NCBI GenBank assembly: GCA_963665815.1
Contig: OY762463.1
Coordinates: forward strand, 864,001 to 928,000
Direction of reading: 5' to 3'
Length of the DNA stretch: 64,000 nucleotides
Origin: Candidatus Cloacimonadales bacterium
Lineage (GTDB): Bacteria > Cloacimonadota > Cloacimonadia > Cloacimonadales > JAIOQZ01
A program made the translations under genes and the position numbers. A model generated the notes under the pieces. That model did no database searches. It saw only the letters and a program-made list of their open reading frames with translations, and had not been told where the DNA came from. Below are positions 49,883 to 61,300 of the stretch, piece after piece. Each line of letters starts with the position of its first letter. Positions within the stretch are counted from its first letter, which is position 1.

Positions 49883-51495
49883 TACTTATGACATATATCA
49901 AAAATTATATTATAAATATATTGAAGAAGAAGTTTCTGTTTTTTTTAGGTCTGATTGTCTTAACGCTGGCAAGTTCTATAATCGCTATAATGCTGCCTAT
50001 CCAGTTTAAAAATCACCTCATCAATCTTGAGAATAATTCAACAATAACTATCCTATTACAGTCATTTATGATTTATTTCAGTTACTTATTAATATCATCT
50101 ATTGTATCAATTGTGTGGCATTACTTAATTACTAAATTTGGAGCCTTTATACTGTTCGATCTAAGAAAGCACTTACTGCAGAAAATCGAAACAGCATACA
50201 TGGATAAAGTGAATGAGTACAGTCGTAACAGACTTAAGCATATTATATTCTCTGATTCTCTTGTTATATTTAGAGTTCTTGTAAATTTTTCGATACAAAT
50301 AATAGCAAAAACAGTTGTTATATGTTTGATCCTTACAATAATTTACTTATCATTCAAAAGAATTGCTTTATTCCTTGCAATTGCAATGATTATTGGGATT
50401 GTGATAGCGAATTATGCCCGAAAGAAAATTGCAGAAGTATCCAAAAAAGTTAATGATTCAATGAAAAGCACTCATTCCATGATTAATAATCACATTGATT
50501 CAATAAAACTTTATCAAAGTAATGATTTAGATAATTATAAAAACAGGAAATATAGCGAAATCAATAATGTATTTCTTAAGTCAGCACTACATGCGGATAT
50601 TATACAAGTATTCTTTACGAGTACTCAAGGAAATTTGAAGTCAATATTTAATATCGTTTTCATAACAATGCTATATATTTTAAGTGATATTGAAGTTACT
50701 ACAAGCAGTGTTGTATTGCTGATTTTCTACTCAAACATTGTTTGGTCATATAGCTCCTCTATTGAGAACTTGATATCAACAATTGGTGAATCAATACCTG
50801 CTTTCAAAAATATCAATAGTATTTTAAGCTTAGAAAGTAGAACAGGCTCACATGTTATCAAAAGGATAAAAGAAATTGAGTTTTCCAAAGTCAGCTTCAT
50901 GTATAAAGATGAAATGGTAGTCAAAGATTTAAGTTTCAAATTGGAGAAGGGAACCTGCTATCAAATCACAGGAAAAAATGGATCAGGAAAATCAACACTA
51001 ATCTCACTATTAATGAATTTGAATAGACCATCTGAGGGAGAAATACTAATTAATGGAATTAGATTGGATGAAGTTGACCACAAATCATATATTCGTAAAA
51101 TTACTTACATTGACCAGAATGAACTACTTCTTGAAGAAAATATAGTAGATTACATTCAAGCCGTCACTCAAAATTATTCAGTCAATAAAATTAGGGATAT
51201 TTTGAGTTCTATAAGTTTCTCAAATGATGAAAATACCGATATGCTTGAAAAACTTGATTTCATGGGTAAAAACATTTCAGGTGGTCAAAGAAAAAAACTA
51301 CTATTTTGCAAATTATTACTTAAGTTCATTGAATCCGATTTAATAATTATAGATGAAGTTACTGCAAACATGGATTCTCAAACAAAGAAAGCTTATCAAG
51401 ATATTAGATCAAAGATGATTAAGAACACAGAAAAAATATTTATTGAAGTAAATCATGAAAACGACATTTCTAATTTTAACAATATTAGTTTGTAG
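49879..51495 (+). CDS. ABC exporter, fused permease and ATPase
   Basis: TM domain, GKNGSGKS, ISGGQ and IIDE motifs. Confidence 0.92.
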   Translation: MILMTYIKNYIINILKKKFLFFLGLIVLTLASSIIAIMLPIQFKNHLINLENNSTITILLQSFMIYFSYLLISSIVSIVWHYLITKFGAFILFDLRKHLLQKIETAYMDKVNEYSRNRLKHIIFSDSLVIFRVLVNFSIQIIAKTVVICLILTIIYLSFKRIALFLAIAMIIGIVIANYARKKIAEVSKKVNDSMKSTHSMINNHIDSIKLYQSNDLDNYKNRKYSEINNVFLKSALHADIIQVFFTSTQGNLKSIFNIVFITMLYILSDIEVTTSSVVLLIFYSNIVWSYSSSIENLISTIGESIPAFKNINSILSLESRTGSHVIKRIKEIEFSKVSFMYKDEMVVKDLSFKLEKGTCYQITGKNGSGKSTLISLLMNLNRPSEGEILINGIRLDEVDHKSYIRKITYIDQNELLLEENIVDYIQAVTQNYSVNKIRDILSSISFSNDENTDMLEKLDFMGKNISGGQRKKLLFCKLLLKFIESDLIIIDEVTANMDSQTKKAYQDIRSKMIKNTEKIFIEVNHENDISNFNNISL

Positions 51496-52492
51496 CTGTA
51501 TAATTGAGTCAGCCTTATGCAATGAGCTATCAGTTTCTGATGAGGTATTCAACATTACAAGCGAGGATCTTGAGTATAATAATATAACCGATTATTGCGT
51601 CTGTGATAGTATGATTTACATTCTTGATGCTATGCTCTCTGAAATTACAATTGTAAATTATAAAACTAACAGCCATATTACTTCTTATGGAAGCAAAGGA
51701 AATGGTCCTGGTGAATTTGTTTTACCTAAAAGGATTTTCTCTTACAAAAACAATATTTATGTATGGGATGAAAAGAAGAAATGCATAATAGAGTTCAATA
51801 ATGACCAATATCTAAATGAGTACTCAAACGATTTTCTTAAACAATGTCACAATTGTGAATTCTTTAGCCTGAAAAACCAAATCTATATTCAATATGATAT
51901 TGTTTATTTTAATGAAAACTCTACTTACATTGAAAAAAAAATTGCGTCTCTTAATTCTGACTTTACTATAGGAAAAAAAGTGCATTTAGTTTCCAGCAAA
52001 ATATATAATCCCTATTATTTTAATTTCTCGGGAGATAAATTATTTTCTATGAACAACAATTTTTTATCAATATATACTCCAGATATAAATGAAATCAATT
52101 TTGATTTTATAGATTTAAATAGTAATCGCAAATTCGCATATAATGAAAAATTTCCCAAACAGAGAATGAGGAAAAAGAAGAGAGAAGCTCTTGATGAGTA
52201 CGCAGATTACTTGAAAAGCTATTATGTAGATAAAAATGTTGAGATAGAGAGTATATCTAATTATGAAAACTCCGTAACAAGTATGTATTTATCTTCAAAT
52301 GGATTCTTATACTTCCTTAATAATATCAATAATAGAAACTTGTTGCATAGATACAACCCTGTCAATAATAAGATTACTTCATGCGAAATAGACTTATCTG
52401 GAGAAATAAGAATAATAAACAACCATTTATTTATTTTAAATCAAACATTGGACTATTTCACATTCAAAGTTATTAAAATAAATCAAAATTGA
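51455..52492 (+). CDS. Exported 6-bladed beta-propeller protein
   Basis: Signal peptide; GSKGNGPGEF motif. Confidence 0.75.
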   Translation: MKTTFLILTILVCSCIIESALCNELSVSDEVFNITSEDLEYNNITDYCVCDSMIYILDAMLSEITIVNYKTNSHITSYGSKGNGPGEFVLPKRIFSYKNNIYVWDEKKKCIIEFNNDQYLNEYSNDFLKQCHNCEFFSLKNQIYIQYDIVYFNENSTYIEKKIASLNSDFTIGKKVHLVSSKIYNPYYFNFSGDKLFSMNNNFLSIYTPDINEINFDFIDLNSNRKFAYNEKFPKQRMRKKKREALDEYADYLKSYYVDKNVEIESISNYENSVTSMYLSSNGFLYFLNNINNRNLLHRYNPVNNKITSCEIDLSGEIRIINNHLFILNQTLDYFTFKVIKINQN

Positions 52493-52614
52493 GGCGTTTT
52501 AATATCAAATCATTATTATTTTTGGCATAATACTCCTTATTTAATATATAAATATGTATCTTTACTAACTTCTGCAATCCAATAAAATTTAAGATAATAG
52601 GAATCTTTTGATAT

Positions 52615-53460
52615 CTATATGTTATGGAACAATACTCTATTTACCATACTGTCAAAATCATGTGTTTTGTAATGCCTGATAGTCTCTTCGAGGTTACCAT
52701 ACATATTGTATATTCGCTTTGCATGGGGATAGTATACTGTATAATCGTGATAACGCAGAATAAACGCATTATTGATCTCTTTGCTAAGCTCCATTTTCTC
52801 CCAGGAATCAGGGAGTTCTGCCGCTAATTCAGCTCCACGCTTGTTAAGCTCTGCCTTTTTGAGCTTTATCGCTTCCATTGCAGGATTACTGCTGTAGAAT
52901 TCCTGCAGCTCATCCCAGACCTTATTTACAAAATCCGCAAACTTTGACCAGGCAGCTTCCTGATTCACTGTTGCTTCCAATAAATCACTATCATTCAGCT
53001 TCTCAGCCAATTCTATTCCGCCAAACAGACCTATAACTCTTCCTGAAGATTCCTCAAAAGGATAGGGATGTTCGAGTTTCTCAGCCTTGGATGTTGTATG
53101 CCAGGCTTCATGGATGATGACATAGCATTGTCTTGCTCCGGATGCTTCCAGCATATCTCTGGTAATCGGGCAGTTTCCTCCCCCATGAGCTTCAGCATGA
53201 TAGAAATATGAATCATTTCCGGCATTCTTCAACTGCTCATATCTTTTCCATGCCCTATCTTGATCAGGATAAAATTCATAAGGCCGTTTATTGTTAAAGA
53301 CGGATTCCAGCTTATCAACCGGACAGGCATAAACCCAGTTGCAAGAGAATTCTCCCAGATCAACATCCTCGAACGCACCCTTGAAATTCAATCCATACTC
53401 TTCCTCACCGAATTTTTTGATTGTCTGAATAAATTCCAGTTCTCTGGAATAATCCCTCAT
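52615..53460 (-). CDS. Putative zinc aminopeptidase
   Basis: IIHEAWH (HExxH) followed by FEES. Confidence 0.65.
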   Translation of the reverse strand: MRDYSRELEFIQTIKKFGEEEYGLNFKGAFEDVDLGEFSCNWVYACPVDKLESVFNNKRPYEFYPDQDRAWKRYEQLKNAGNDSYFYHAEAHGGGNCPITRDMLEASGARQCYVIIHEAWHTTSKAEKLEHPYPFEESSGRVIGLFGGIELAEKLNDSDLLEATVNQEAAWSKFADFVNKVWDELQEFYSSNPAMEAIKLKKAELNKRGAELAAELPDSWEKMELSKEINNAFILRYHDYTVYYPHAKRIYNMYGNLEETIRHYKTHDFDSMVNRVLFHNI

Positions 53461-53469
53461 ATATCCTCC

Positions 53470-54723
53470 TTATTTCAGTACTCTTTTATTTCCGATATCA
53501 TCGACGATATACTCTACTCCATTCTCAATCAAGAGTCCTTTTGTCTTCCCGCTTCTCTTAGTAGTGCCATGTTTGAGATCTATCTTGATCACTTTTCCGT
53601 CATAATCTGTAGAAATATCATCCATTACGGTGTGACCAATAACAACTTTGTTGACCTTGAAGAAAGTAAGAACTTCATCCAGAATAGGAGCCTCTATTTT
53701 TTTGTAATACTTGTAATCGGTAGCTAAACCTCTATACCACAAAGGCCCCATTCGACTATACAGTGTTTTAGCTGTGATATTTTCCTCAGAGAAATCCGTA
53801 TCATAGTTATCTCGGATAAATGAGTTTATCTCGTCCAAGTTCATACCAAGATCAATAAGCTCTTTGCTTAATCCCGCGTGTACGAATATATAGTCACCTA
53901 TTTTCTCAATGACATTTTTTGATCTGAGCCATTTTCCCAGATGACTTTTCTCTGAGAACAGCTCTTTGTAATTATCTCTTTCATCTTCGTGAGTACCAAT
54001 TAGGACTGCCAGTTTTCTATATTTATCTCGGGCATACCTGAATCTACCCTGAATGTTCATCACATCGTGATTACCCAGAATGAAATGTACTTTTCCTCCA
54101 GCTCTTTCTGCCTGATATTCAAGTTTATAAATTAGCCATAGAACGGGTAAAACATTATTACCTCTATCAACCATATCTCCATTTAGTAGCAGTGAGCCTT
54201 TTCCGTAAGCCCAGTTATAGTTTTCATCTATCACTTTGTTACTCAGTAGAAACGATGACAATGCATTGAAGTTTCCCTCAATATCAGAAACAGCGATCAG
54301 TTTTTCCGGCATTTTGTAGATAGATTTCTGTTTTATCAAAGAATCTGCAAGTCTGACTTTAAACGAATCCTTATCGTCATTATCTACATTTACAATAATT
54401 TCCTCAGTAATCAGTAATTTCCTCTCGAGTGAGTTATTGCCATGCACTACATATAATGAATCACTGATAATGTAAGGACCGTCTATTCCATCCAGATCAT
54501 AGGTTATTTCTTCATTTATGATGAATTTCTTACTCTCTGAGTCGTATTTAAAAAGTATCTTTCCATTATTCTCGATTGTTATACTCCCTTTTGTAAGCAT
54601 AGCTGCTGTGACAAATATTAACGGTATTACCAACAGAACAAGAACAAGAACTACTATGATCGTAATCACAGCTTTTTTCATTCCATTATCTTTCAAGACT
54701 TCTTTTTGAAAATCGTTAAGCAT
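53470..54723 (-). CDS. Membrane-anchored metallophosphoesterase (Shewanella-like phosphatase type)
   Basis: SDIEG, GDMVDRG, GNHD, FVHAG, GPLWYRG, GHT and IDL motifs. Confidence 0.9.
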   Translation of the reverse strand: MLNDFQKEVLKDNGMKKAVITIIVVLVLVLLVIPLIFVTAAMLTKGSITIENNGKILFKYDSESKKFIINEEITYDLDGIDGPYIISDSLYVVHGNNSLERKLLITEEIIVNVDNDDKDSFKVRLADSLIKQKSIYKMPEKLIAVSDIEGNFNALSSFLLSNKVIDENYNWAYGKGSLLLNGDMVDRGNNVLPVLWLIYKLEYQAERAGGKVHFILGNHDVMNIQGRFRYARDKYRKLAVLIGTHEDERDNYKELFSEKSHLGKWLRSKNVIEKIGDYIFVHAGLSKELIDLGMNLDEINSFIRDNYDTDFSEENITAKTLYSRMGPLWYRGLATDYKYYKKIEAPILDEVLTFFKVNKVVIGHTVMDDISTDYDGKVIKIDLKHGTTKRSGKTKGLLIENGVEYIVDDIGNKRVLK

Positions 54724-54742
54724 TTATCATCCTTATGTGATT

Positions 54743-55819
54743 CTAATTTTTACGTCCCATCTGTCCAAGAACAGTGTTAGCGATACTTCTCAGGTCAGCA
54801 CATACACTGTCCGGGAGTGTTCCATTCATCGTATATGTACTCTCCATCGGATTCACCGAGCACAGTTTGCCTAAAAACATACATGAAGCCAGATAAGTCC
54901 CTTGCTGACTCGGGTGAGAACCATCTGCGATATAAAGATCGTACTCGGGATGGTTTTCGACTGTGTAAGAAAAAGCTCTTCCTACAGGAATCAGTATAGC
55001 ATCAAGTGAGTCAGCAATATATGTATAGGCACTGTCAAGACCATTTATCATAGGTGGATCGTATTCTCTTGCCCAGGTCATAAAGAAAGCAGTCTCAGCA
55101 CCACTCTCGGTTATTACTGAGTCCAGTCTGGCAGCATACTCGTAGAATATATCTGTTTCCAATAAAGGACGCTGACTCTGCTCCTGCAGAACAACACAAT
55201 CATAATCACCTGTAGAGATACTGTTTATTGTTGATTGAGTATTAAAATGACTTTCCAAAGTCAAACCACCTCCGGTTATAGCATCCACAACAACTTCTTC
55301 CTCAGGATACAACTCCTGTATCATATTAAGAACATGAGCATTGACTCCACCGTTCGTATAAGTATAGCTATTCCCCAGAAACAAAATCCTGTGAGGAAAT
55401 TCTTCCGGTTCATTCCAATCAACTATTACAACAAGATTTCCCGGTTCATATTCAACTGTAAGCCTCAGTTCAGTTGTCTGTCCAGCCAATACTTCTGCGG
55501 TACCGCTTCCTCGAGCAATAAGCACTGAATCCTCGTAGACATATACATTGACCTCATAGGTTCCATGTACCAGGTCTTCGAATACACCATGAGCAAGTGT
55601 CTCTTCGATTTCAAGATTCATAGAATCGAAAAAACTATTTCTGTGGATTGTTACGTAAACACTGTCAATTTCATACCCATGTATAAGAGGTTGTTCCAGA
55701 GAAATGTTAAGTGGTATATTCCCCCCTTCCATACCTGTATCGCTGGAAGGATTACTATCCGAGCAGCCAAACATTAACAGCAGTAACAGAACGTAAAATA
55801 TATGTATAAGTTTTCTCAT
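54743..55819 (-). CDS. Lipoprotein with SGNH/GDSL hydrolase domain
   Basis: Lipobox MFGC; FLGNSYT, VLQEQS and DGSHP motifs. Confidence 0.85.
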   Translation of the reverse strand: MRKLIHIFYVLLLLLMFGCSDSNPSSDTGMEGGNIPLNISLEQPLIHGYEIDSVYVTIHRNSFFDSMNLEIEETLAHGVFEDLVHGTYEVNVYVYEDSVLIARGSGTAEVLAGQTTELRLTVEYEPGNLVVIVDWNEPEEFPHRILFLGNSYTYTNGGVNAHVLNMIQELYPEEEVVVDAITGGGLTLESHFNTQSTINSISTGDYDCVVLQEQSQRPLLETDIFYEYAARLDSVITESGAETAFFMTWAREYDPPMINGLDSAYTYIADSLDAILIPVGRAFSYTVENHPEYDLYIADGSHPSQQGTYLASCMFLGKLCSVNPMESTYTMNGTLPDSVCADLRSIANTVLGQMGRKN

Positions 55820-56072
55820 GATTTCTCTCCAAAACAATGATTATGCAAAATTTGCAGAAATTTTCATTTTAGTCCAGACATTTATTTTACCCTATTAACT
55901 AAAAGAAAAACGTCCGAAAATTATAGGGGAATTTTTTTCCTCCCAACTCAGCAAGACAAATTATCCTACTTAAAGTTATACTTTATATAGCCCAGCCTAT
56001 TTTTCTATTTTTATAGCTCTTTAATTACATATTTATATTATTTTAATTGTTTTTTATAAACAAATATTTAAT

Positions 56073-56088
56073 TGGCACAGAAATTTCT
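56073..56088 (+). promoter_or_regulatory. Possible sigma54 promoter
   Basis: TGGCACAGAAATTTCT: good -24 element, variant -12 element. Confidence 0.45.
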
Positions 56089-56141
56089 TATTATATTATT
56101 GTTTTAAGGAAATTCGCTAATAAACAGGAGTTAATTTAAGC

Positions 56142-58304
56142 ATGGATGCTACCATAGTCGGAATTTCGATTTTTTTTGTAACATTGATCCTCAACTGGGG
56201 AAAACAATATAAACCGCTTTATGTTGATGATGGTAACTGGTTCTATCAGACTGTCTTTTCAAAAATAGGAAAAAGGCTTTACTATTACGATAAACACGTG
56301 GAAGACATAGAGTTCGATCTATTGAGACCTCATGGATATTTTACCATTGACTGGCTCGCCTCCAAGTTTCATTTTAAGAATACAGACAACGAAAAGTTCA
56401 TTCAGCAATTCAAGATGATTTCTTACGCGCTGACCTCTTCCCTGCTTGCTGTCACTAGTTTTTTTCTTTTTAACAGCTATATTGCCGGAGTTACTGCTGG
56501 AGTAATTTTTTCCGTTGCTACCGGATCAGGAAGAACAACTTATTCGGATATAACCTATGCTGAATGGTTTATAATTTTCCCACTCACTCTCGCCATACTG
56601 GTTCTTCATCTGGGAGGAAACGAACTCTGGAGTTTTGCAGCAGCCGGAATCATTTTAGGCTGGTCATTACATATTAAAATTACATCTATCGGTTTTGCTG
56701 TGATTATTCCTCTGTTCTATCTTTCAGAAAACTGGATTCCGGAAATTGGAATACTGGCTGGAAGTCTGACACTGTTGATGTTTTTACCGGTAGTCCTGAT
56801 TACGATATCAAGGAGCTCGCATAAATCACAAATAATCACATATTACCTGAAGAATTTCTTCAACCCTGTTATAATAGGAACACTTCTCGTGCTGCAGAAA
56901 TGCGGAATCTGCAAGATCAAGAAAGGCAATTCTGCCGATAAGCTTATATCTGTTTACGGCACATACACAAAAGGCAAATGGGATATCAGCAATTCCTTTA
57001 GTAAGGAACTTAAGTCACTGCAAAACATGATCAAACCTATCTGGAAAAATTTTGATATATTTATCCTCCTCACTTTAGCCGGATCATTAAGCCTGCTTCT
57101 GGATTACAACAAGCATGTAATGTTACTGACAATAATACTGGTGGTTAACTTTATCCTGATTCTTATACAGAAGAATTATTTCAGACCTAAAATAAATACA
57201 CTCTGGATGCCTGTATCAATGATAACAGGGTTCCTTCTCACGAAGATGAACTTCAATACAATGGAAGGATTACTTATTGCTTTTATTCTGCTTTATGCAT
57301 TATTGAAAACACTTATACCTGTGATTTCAGGATTGAAGAAGGAAAACAGAGTTAAACTTAACGATTATACGGATGATATCCAGAATCTATTCAGATTGAG
57401 TAGAGAAATAGGACAATTCATTAAAAGTATATCCAAACCTGAAGATAACCTGCTGGTATGGGGAAATTATTCCAATATTTACATTTATGCTGAACGAAAA
57501 GCCCATATGGCATTATATCCGTTTATGTTCCCGAACAATAAGATAATAAACGATAAAATTCTTACCAGAGCATTTCATAACAAGACAGCTCCTAAATATA
57601 TCCAGATATTTGACTACAATATTAAAGACAGGTGGAATCCTGACAGAATCCAGATTTATGTGAAAGCTCCATATAAAGTGATCAAAACATTCAAGTTTAC
57701 TGATAAAAAGAAGAAAGTACATCCGTTTCACTTGATGGAGAGACAGGATGCCGCTTACAAACAGATACTTCTTTCTAAGCTTTCAAGCTGTAAAGAATCT
57801 ACAGAAAAGGCAATTCTTATCAGAAAACTTAAAAACATTGATATAAATGATTTTGAACTCAAGTATTACAATGATACTGAGAGAATGAGTCTTGATCAGA
57901 AAATAGAATACATTCATGCTCACCTGAGTAACAATGATAATCAGGCTGTGAAACAAAGCATATTAGGTCGATTACTCATTGAACTGGGCAATATTGAAGG
58001 AGCAATTCAATTGTTGAACAGTGCGTCAGCAGAATATACAGATTACAGAGATTTAATCTCAATGGGCGAAATAGCCTTCATGCAGGGATCTTTACATATT
58101 GCTGCAGACTGCTTCAAGCAGGCTATAGCCTTCAATCCTATATGCGGAGAAGCTTATAATAATCTTGGCGTATATTTCAACCAGATTGGTGATAGAAAAA
58201 ACTCAGAAACATGTTTCCGAACAGCTATAATGATCAGCCCGGAATACAACGAAGCAAAAGACAATCTTAATACACTATTAAAAGAAGTAAACAGGAATAA
58301 ATAA
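56142..58304 (+). CDS. Polytopic GT-C (PMT/ArnT-like) membrane protein with C-terminal TPR
   Basis: VDDGNWFY acidic loop after the first TM, many TM segments, LLVWGN...IY..AER, and TPR EAYNNLGV...A..NL. Confidence 0.7.
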   Translation: MDATIVGISIFFVTLILNWGKQYKPLYVDDGNWFYQTVFSKIGKRLYYYDKHVEDIEFDLLRPHGYFTIDWLASKFHFKNTDNEKFIQQFKMISYALTSSLLAVTSFFLFNSYIAGVTAGVIFSVATGSGRTTYSDITYAEWFIIFPLTLAILVLHLGGNELWSFAAAGIILGWSLHIKITSIGFAVIIPLFYLSENWIPEIGILAGSLTLLMFLPVVLITISRSSHKSQIITYYLKNFFNPVIIGTLLVLQKCGICKIKKGNSADKLISVYGTYTKGKWDISNSFSKELKSLQNMIKPIWKNFDIFILLTLAGSLSLLLDYNKHVMLLTIILVVNFILILIQKNYFRPKINTLWMPVSMITGFLLTKMNFNTMEGLLIAFILLYALLKTLIPVISGLKKENRVKLNDYTDDIQNLFRLSREIGQFIKSISKPEDNLLVWGNYSNIYIYAERKAHMALYPFMFPNNKIINDKILTRAFHNKTAPKYIQIFDYNIKDRWNPDRIQIYVKAPYKVIKTFKFTDKKKKVHPFHLMERQDAAYKQILLSKLSSCKESTEKAILIRKLKNIDINDFELKYYNDTERMSLDQKIEYIHAHLSNNDNQAVKQSILGRLLIELGNIEGAIQLLNSASAEYTDYRDLISMGEIAFMQGSLHIAADCFKQAIAFNPICGEAYNNLGVYFNQIGDRKNSETCFRTAIMISPEYNEAKDNLNTLLKEVNRNK

Positions 58305-58316
58305 CAGGAGAATAAT

Positions 58317-61300
58317 ATGCTGCAAAAAGATGATCCAAAAGTAATTATGATTTCACCCGATACAATTAGATATGCAATGATCGAAGAATTCCAGATCAAT
58401 GAGTACACCGGTGAAGTACTGGATGGAGACTGGGACAGAAAGATTCAGAAATTTGATGACAGAATAGATTTCTATGAATCATTCAAGATGAGACTAAAAG
58501 ATATTCCGTGGCAGGAAACACCATATTTTGAACGAGTTATGAGGGAGATTAATCAAGGCTATGAAAAATGGGGTTGTACCACTGAAGAACAGTTTTTGAA
58601 CAGATGCATTCGTCTGGAAGGAATCTACCTGAACATGAAAGAAAACGGCTACATCCAGAATCCCGATAAAGATTATGCAGCAGTCAATATCGGTCGAGAC
58701 GGAGAAATAATTTTTAATAACGGCAGACACAGAATCTGTTTTGCAAAAATCCTGAATATCCCTGAAATACCTGTTAAAATTACTGTTCGTCACAGCGAAT
58801 GGAATCAGTTCAGAGAAAAAGTACTGACTTATGCATCAAAACATAATGGAGTTGTTTATGCTCCTTTGAAACACCCTGATTTAAAAGATATCCCTTCTCT
58901 GCATGCAGGAAGATTCCCTTATATTAAAAAGCATATCAATCCCGATTCTAAAACAGTCCTTGATATAGGGACTCACTGGGGTTACATGTGCAGTAAGCTG
59001 GAAGAAGAATGCGGTAAAGAGTGCTTTGCCATAGAAAACGGAAAAGGAACTTTCTACTATCTGGAAAAAATCAGAAAAGCTAATGAGCAGAATTATCACA
59101 CAATCTTTGCCAACATATTTGATTTTACAAGGAAATACAACAAGTTTGATACAGTATTGGCCCTGGCAATATTCCATCATTTTATAAAGACACCTGAATT
59201 GCACCAGGAACTTGTAGATATGCTTAACAGGCTGGAAATGAAAGAAATGTTCCTTCAAGCTCACAGAACGGATGAACCACAGATGCAGGGCGTTTACAGA
59301 AACTACAGTCCTGACGAGTTTGCTCAGTTTATAGTTGATAACTCCTGTCTAACTCACTATAAGGAAATATGTGATTTTGAAGGTAGAAAACTGTTTCATA
59401 TATACAAGAAAGAAACAGTTCAAATTGGTAGAAAATCCTTCAAAGGTCTCGGTGGTTTGACAATTAAAACACACAGAGAAGCTCCTGTAAAAGAATCTCA
59501 AAAGTTACCACCTTCAAAAAAAGTGATGTTCCTTGGATTTGTGAATGGAAGCTATCCACAGATTCTTAACAAAATCTATAATAAATACAAAGCATTTAAA
59601 AAGATTCATAATAACACAGAATTACTGCTGATTGGTAAAGGAGACGATAAACTTCCTGCAGACTTACCATTCAAGTACTATGATATCCGCAAGATAATGC
59701 CTAAGGCCAATTTCCTGCAGACAATGCAGCTTTCTGTGAGTATTGTCAACTCTTTGATTGATGAGATGAAGCCGGATTATATATATATGCGTTACCCCTT
59801 AGCAAATGAACACACTGTATCATTTGTGAAGAAACATAAAAACCTGATTGTAGAATTCCAGACCAAGCAGTTTGAAGAATTCGAGAAAAGCAGTCCTAAG
59901 CTTTTGAATTTGGAAAAACAATACTGCAAAGAATTTCTGAGTAACATCGATACAATAAGTGCAGTAACAAAAGAGATCGCTGATTATGAAAAAAACATAT
60001 CAGGTAAAAACATTCCAACATTTATTTTTACAAATGGTGTTGATGTAAGCTCCAGACCAGAGAACGATGTGCTTCAAGAAGATATTATTCATATAGCTTA
60101 TGTTTCCATGTATGCACAATACTGGCAGGGAATCGACAGAATTCTGTATGGAATCAGTAACTCAAACGCAAAAAACATAAAACTGCACTTCATAGGTAAT
60201 GTAACTGATGATGTAAGATCCATGATTAACCAGCTTGGTTTGAATAACATTGTTGAGCTGCATGGAGTAATGGATGAGAAAGGCATTGATTCTATTCTGC
60301 AAAAATGCTCAGTTGGAATAGGAGCAATGGCTGTACACAGAAAAGGATTGAAAGAAGCTGCAGCAATCAAACTGAGAGACTACTGCTCACGAGGAATTCC
60401 ATTCGTTTATAGCGGAGATGACTCTGATTTTTCAACGAACCTTCCATTTGTACATCAGTATCCTCTGAATGATGAACCGCTCGATTTCAGTCATATCATA
60501 AAACTTGCAAAAGAGCATAACAATTCAGAATCACGCAAAAAGATAAGAGACTATGCATTATCACATCTGGACTGGAATGTTAAAGCTGAAAAAATAATGA
60601 GTTTCCTGTACAGTCTTGATAGCGGTGAGCCTATTGTAGACTCTGCTGATGAATACAACACCTTAAGGAAGCTGGCTACAAACCTCAAAGCTGATAAAGG
60701 AAATCTTGAAATAACCAAACAACTGATTGCCGAAATGCTAAGGAAAAAAGACGAAAAGATCACATCCGGTCCTTTAGTGTCAGTAGTTATTCCATATTAC
60801 ATGCAGCCTGAAACAATTGTTGAGACACTGCTTTCAGTATATAATCAGTCATACAGGAATTTCGAAGTAATTCTGGTAAATGATGGAGACACTAAAGAAG
60901 TTGAAGATGTTGTAAATAATAATGCTCAGCTCTTCCCTGATCTTAATCTTAAGTATTTCAGAAAGGAAAACGAAGGACTGGCAGCAACCAGAAACTTTGG
61001 TATTTCCAAGGCTGAAGGTAAATATGTGCTTCCTCTTGACTCAGATGACATGCTTGCATCGGATTTTCTGAAAGAAACAGTCAACTATCTGGAACAGCAC
61101 AAAGACATAGATTTTGTATTTACTGAAACCCTGTTTTACGGAGCTAAGAATGAGATATGGGCATTCAGGGATTTTGATCCATCCTATCTGATCAAGCGAA
61201 ATATGATGACCTGTACAACTCTATTCAGAAAAGAAGTCTGGGTTCAAACAGGTGGATACAGAACAAACATGAAACATGGATATGAAGACTGGGATTTCTG

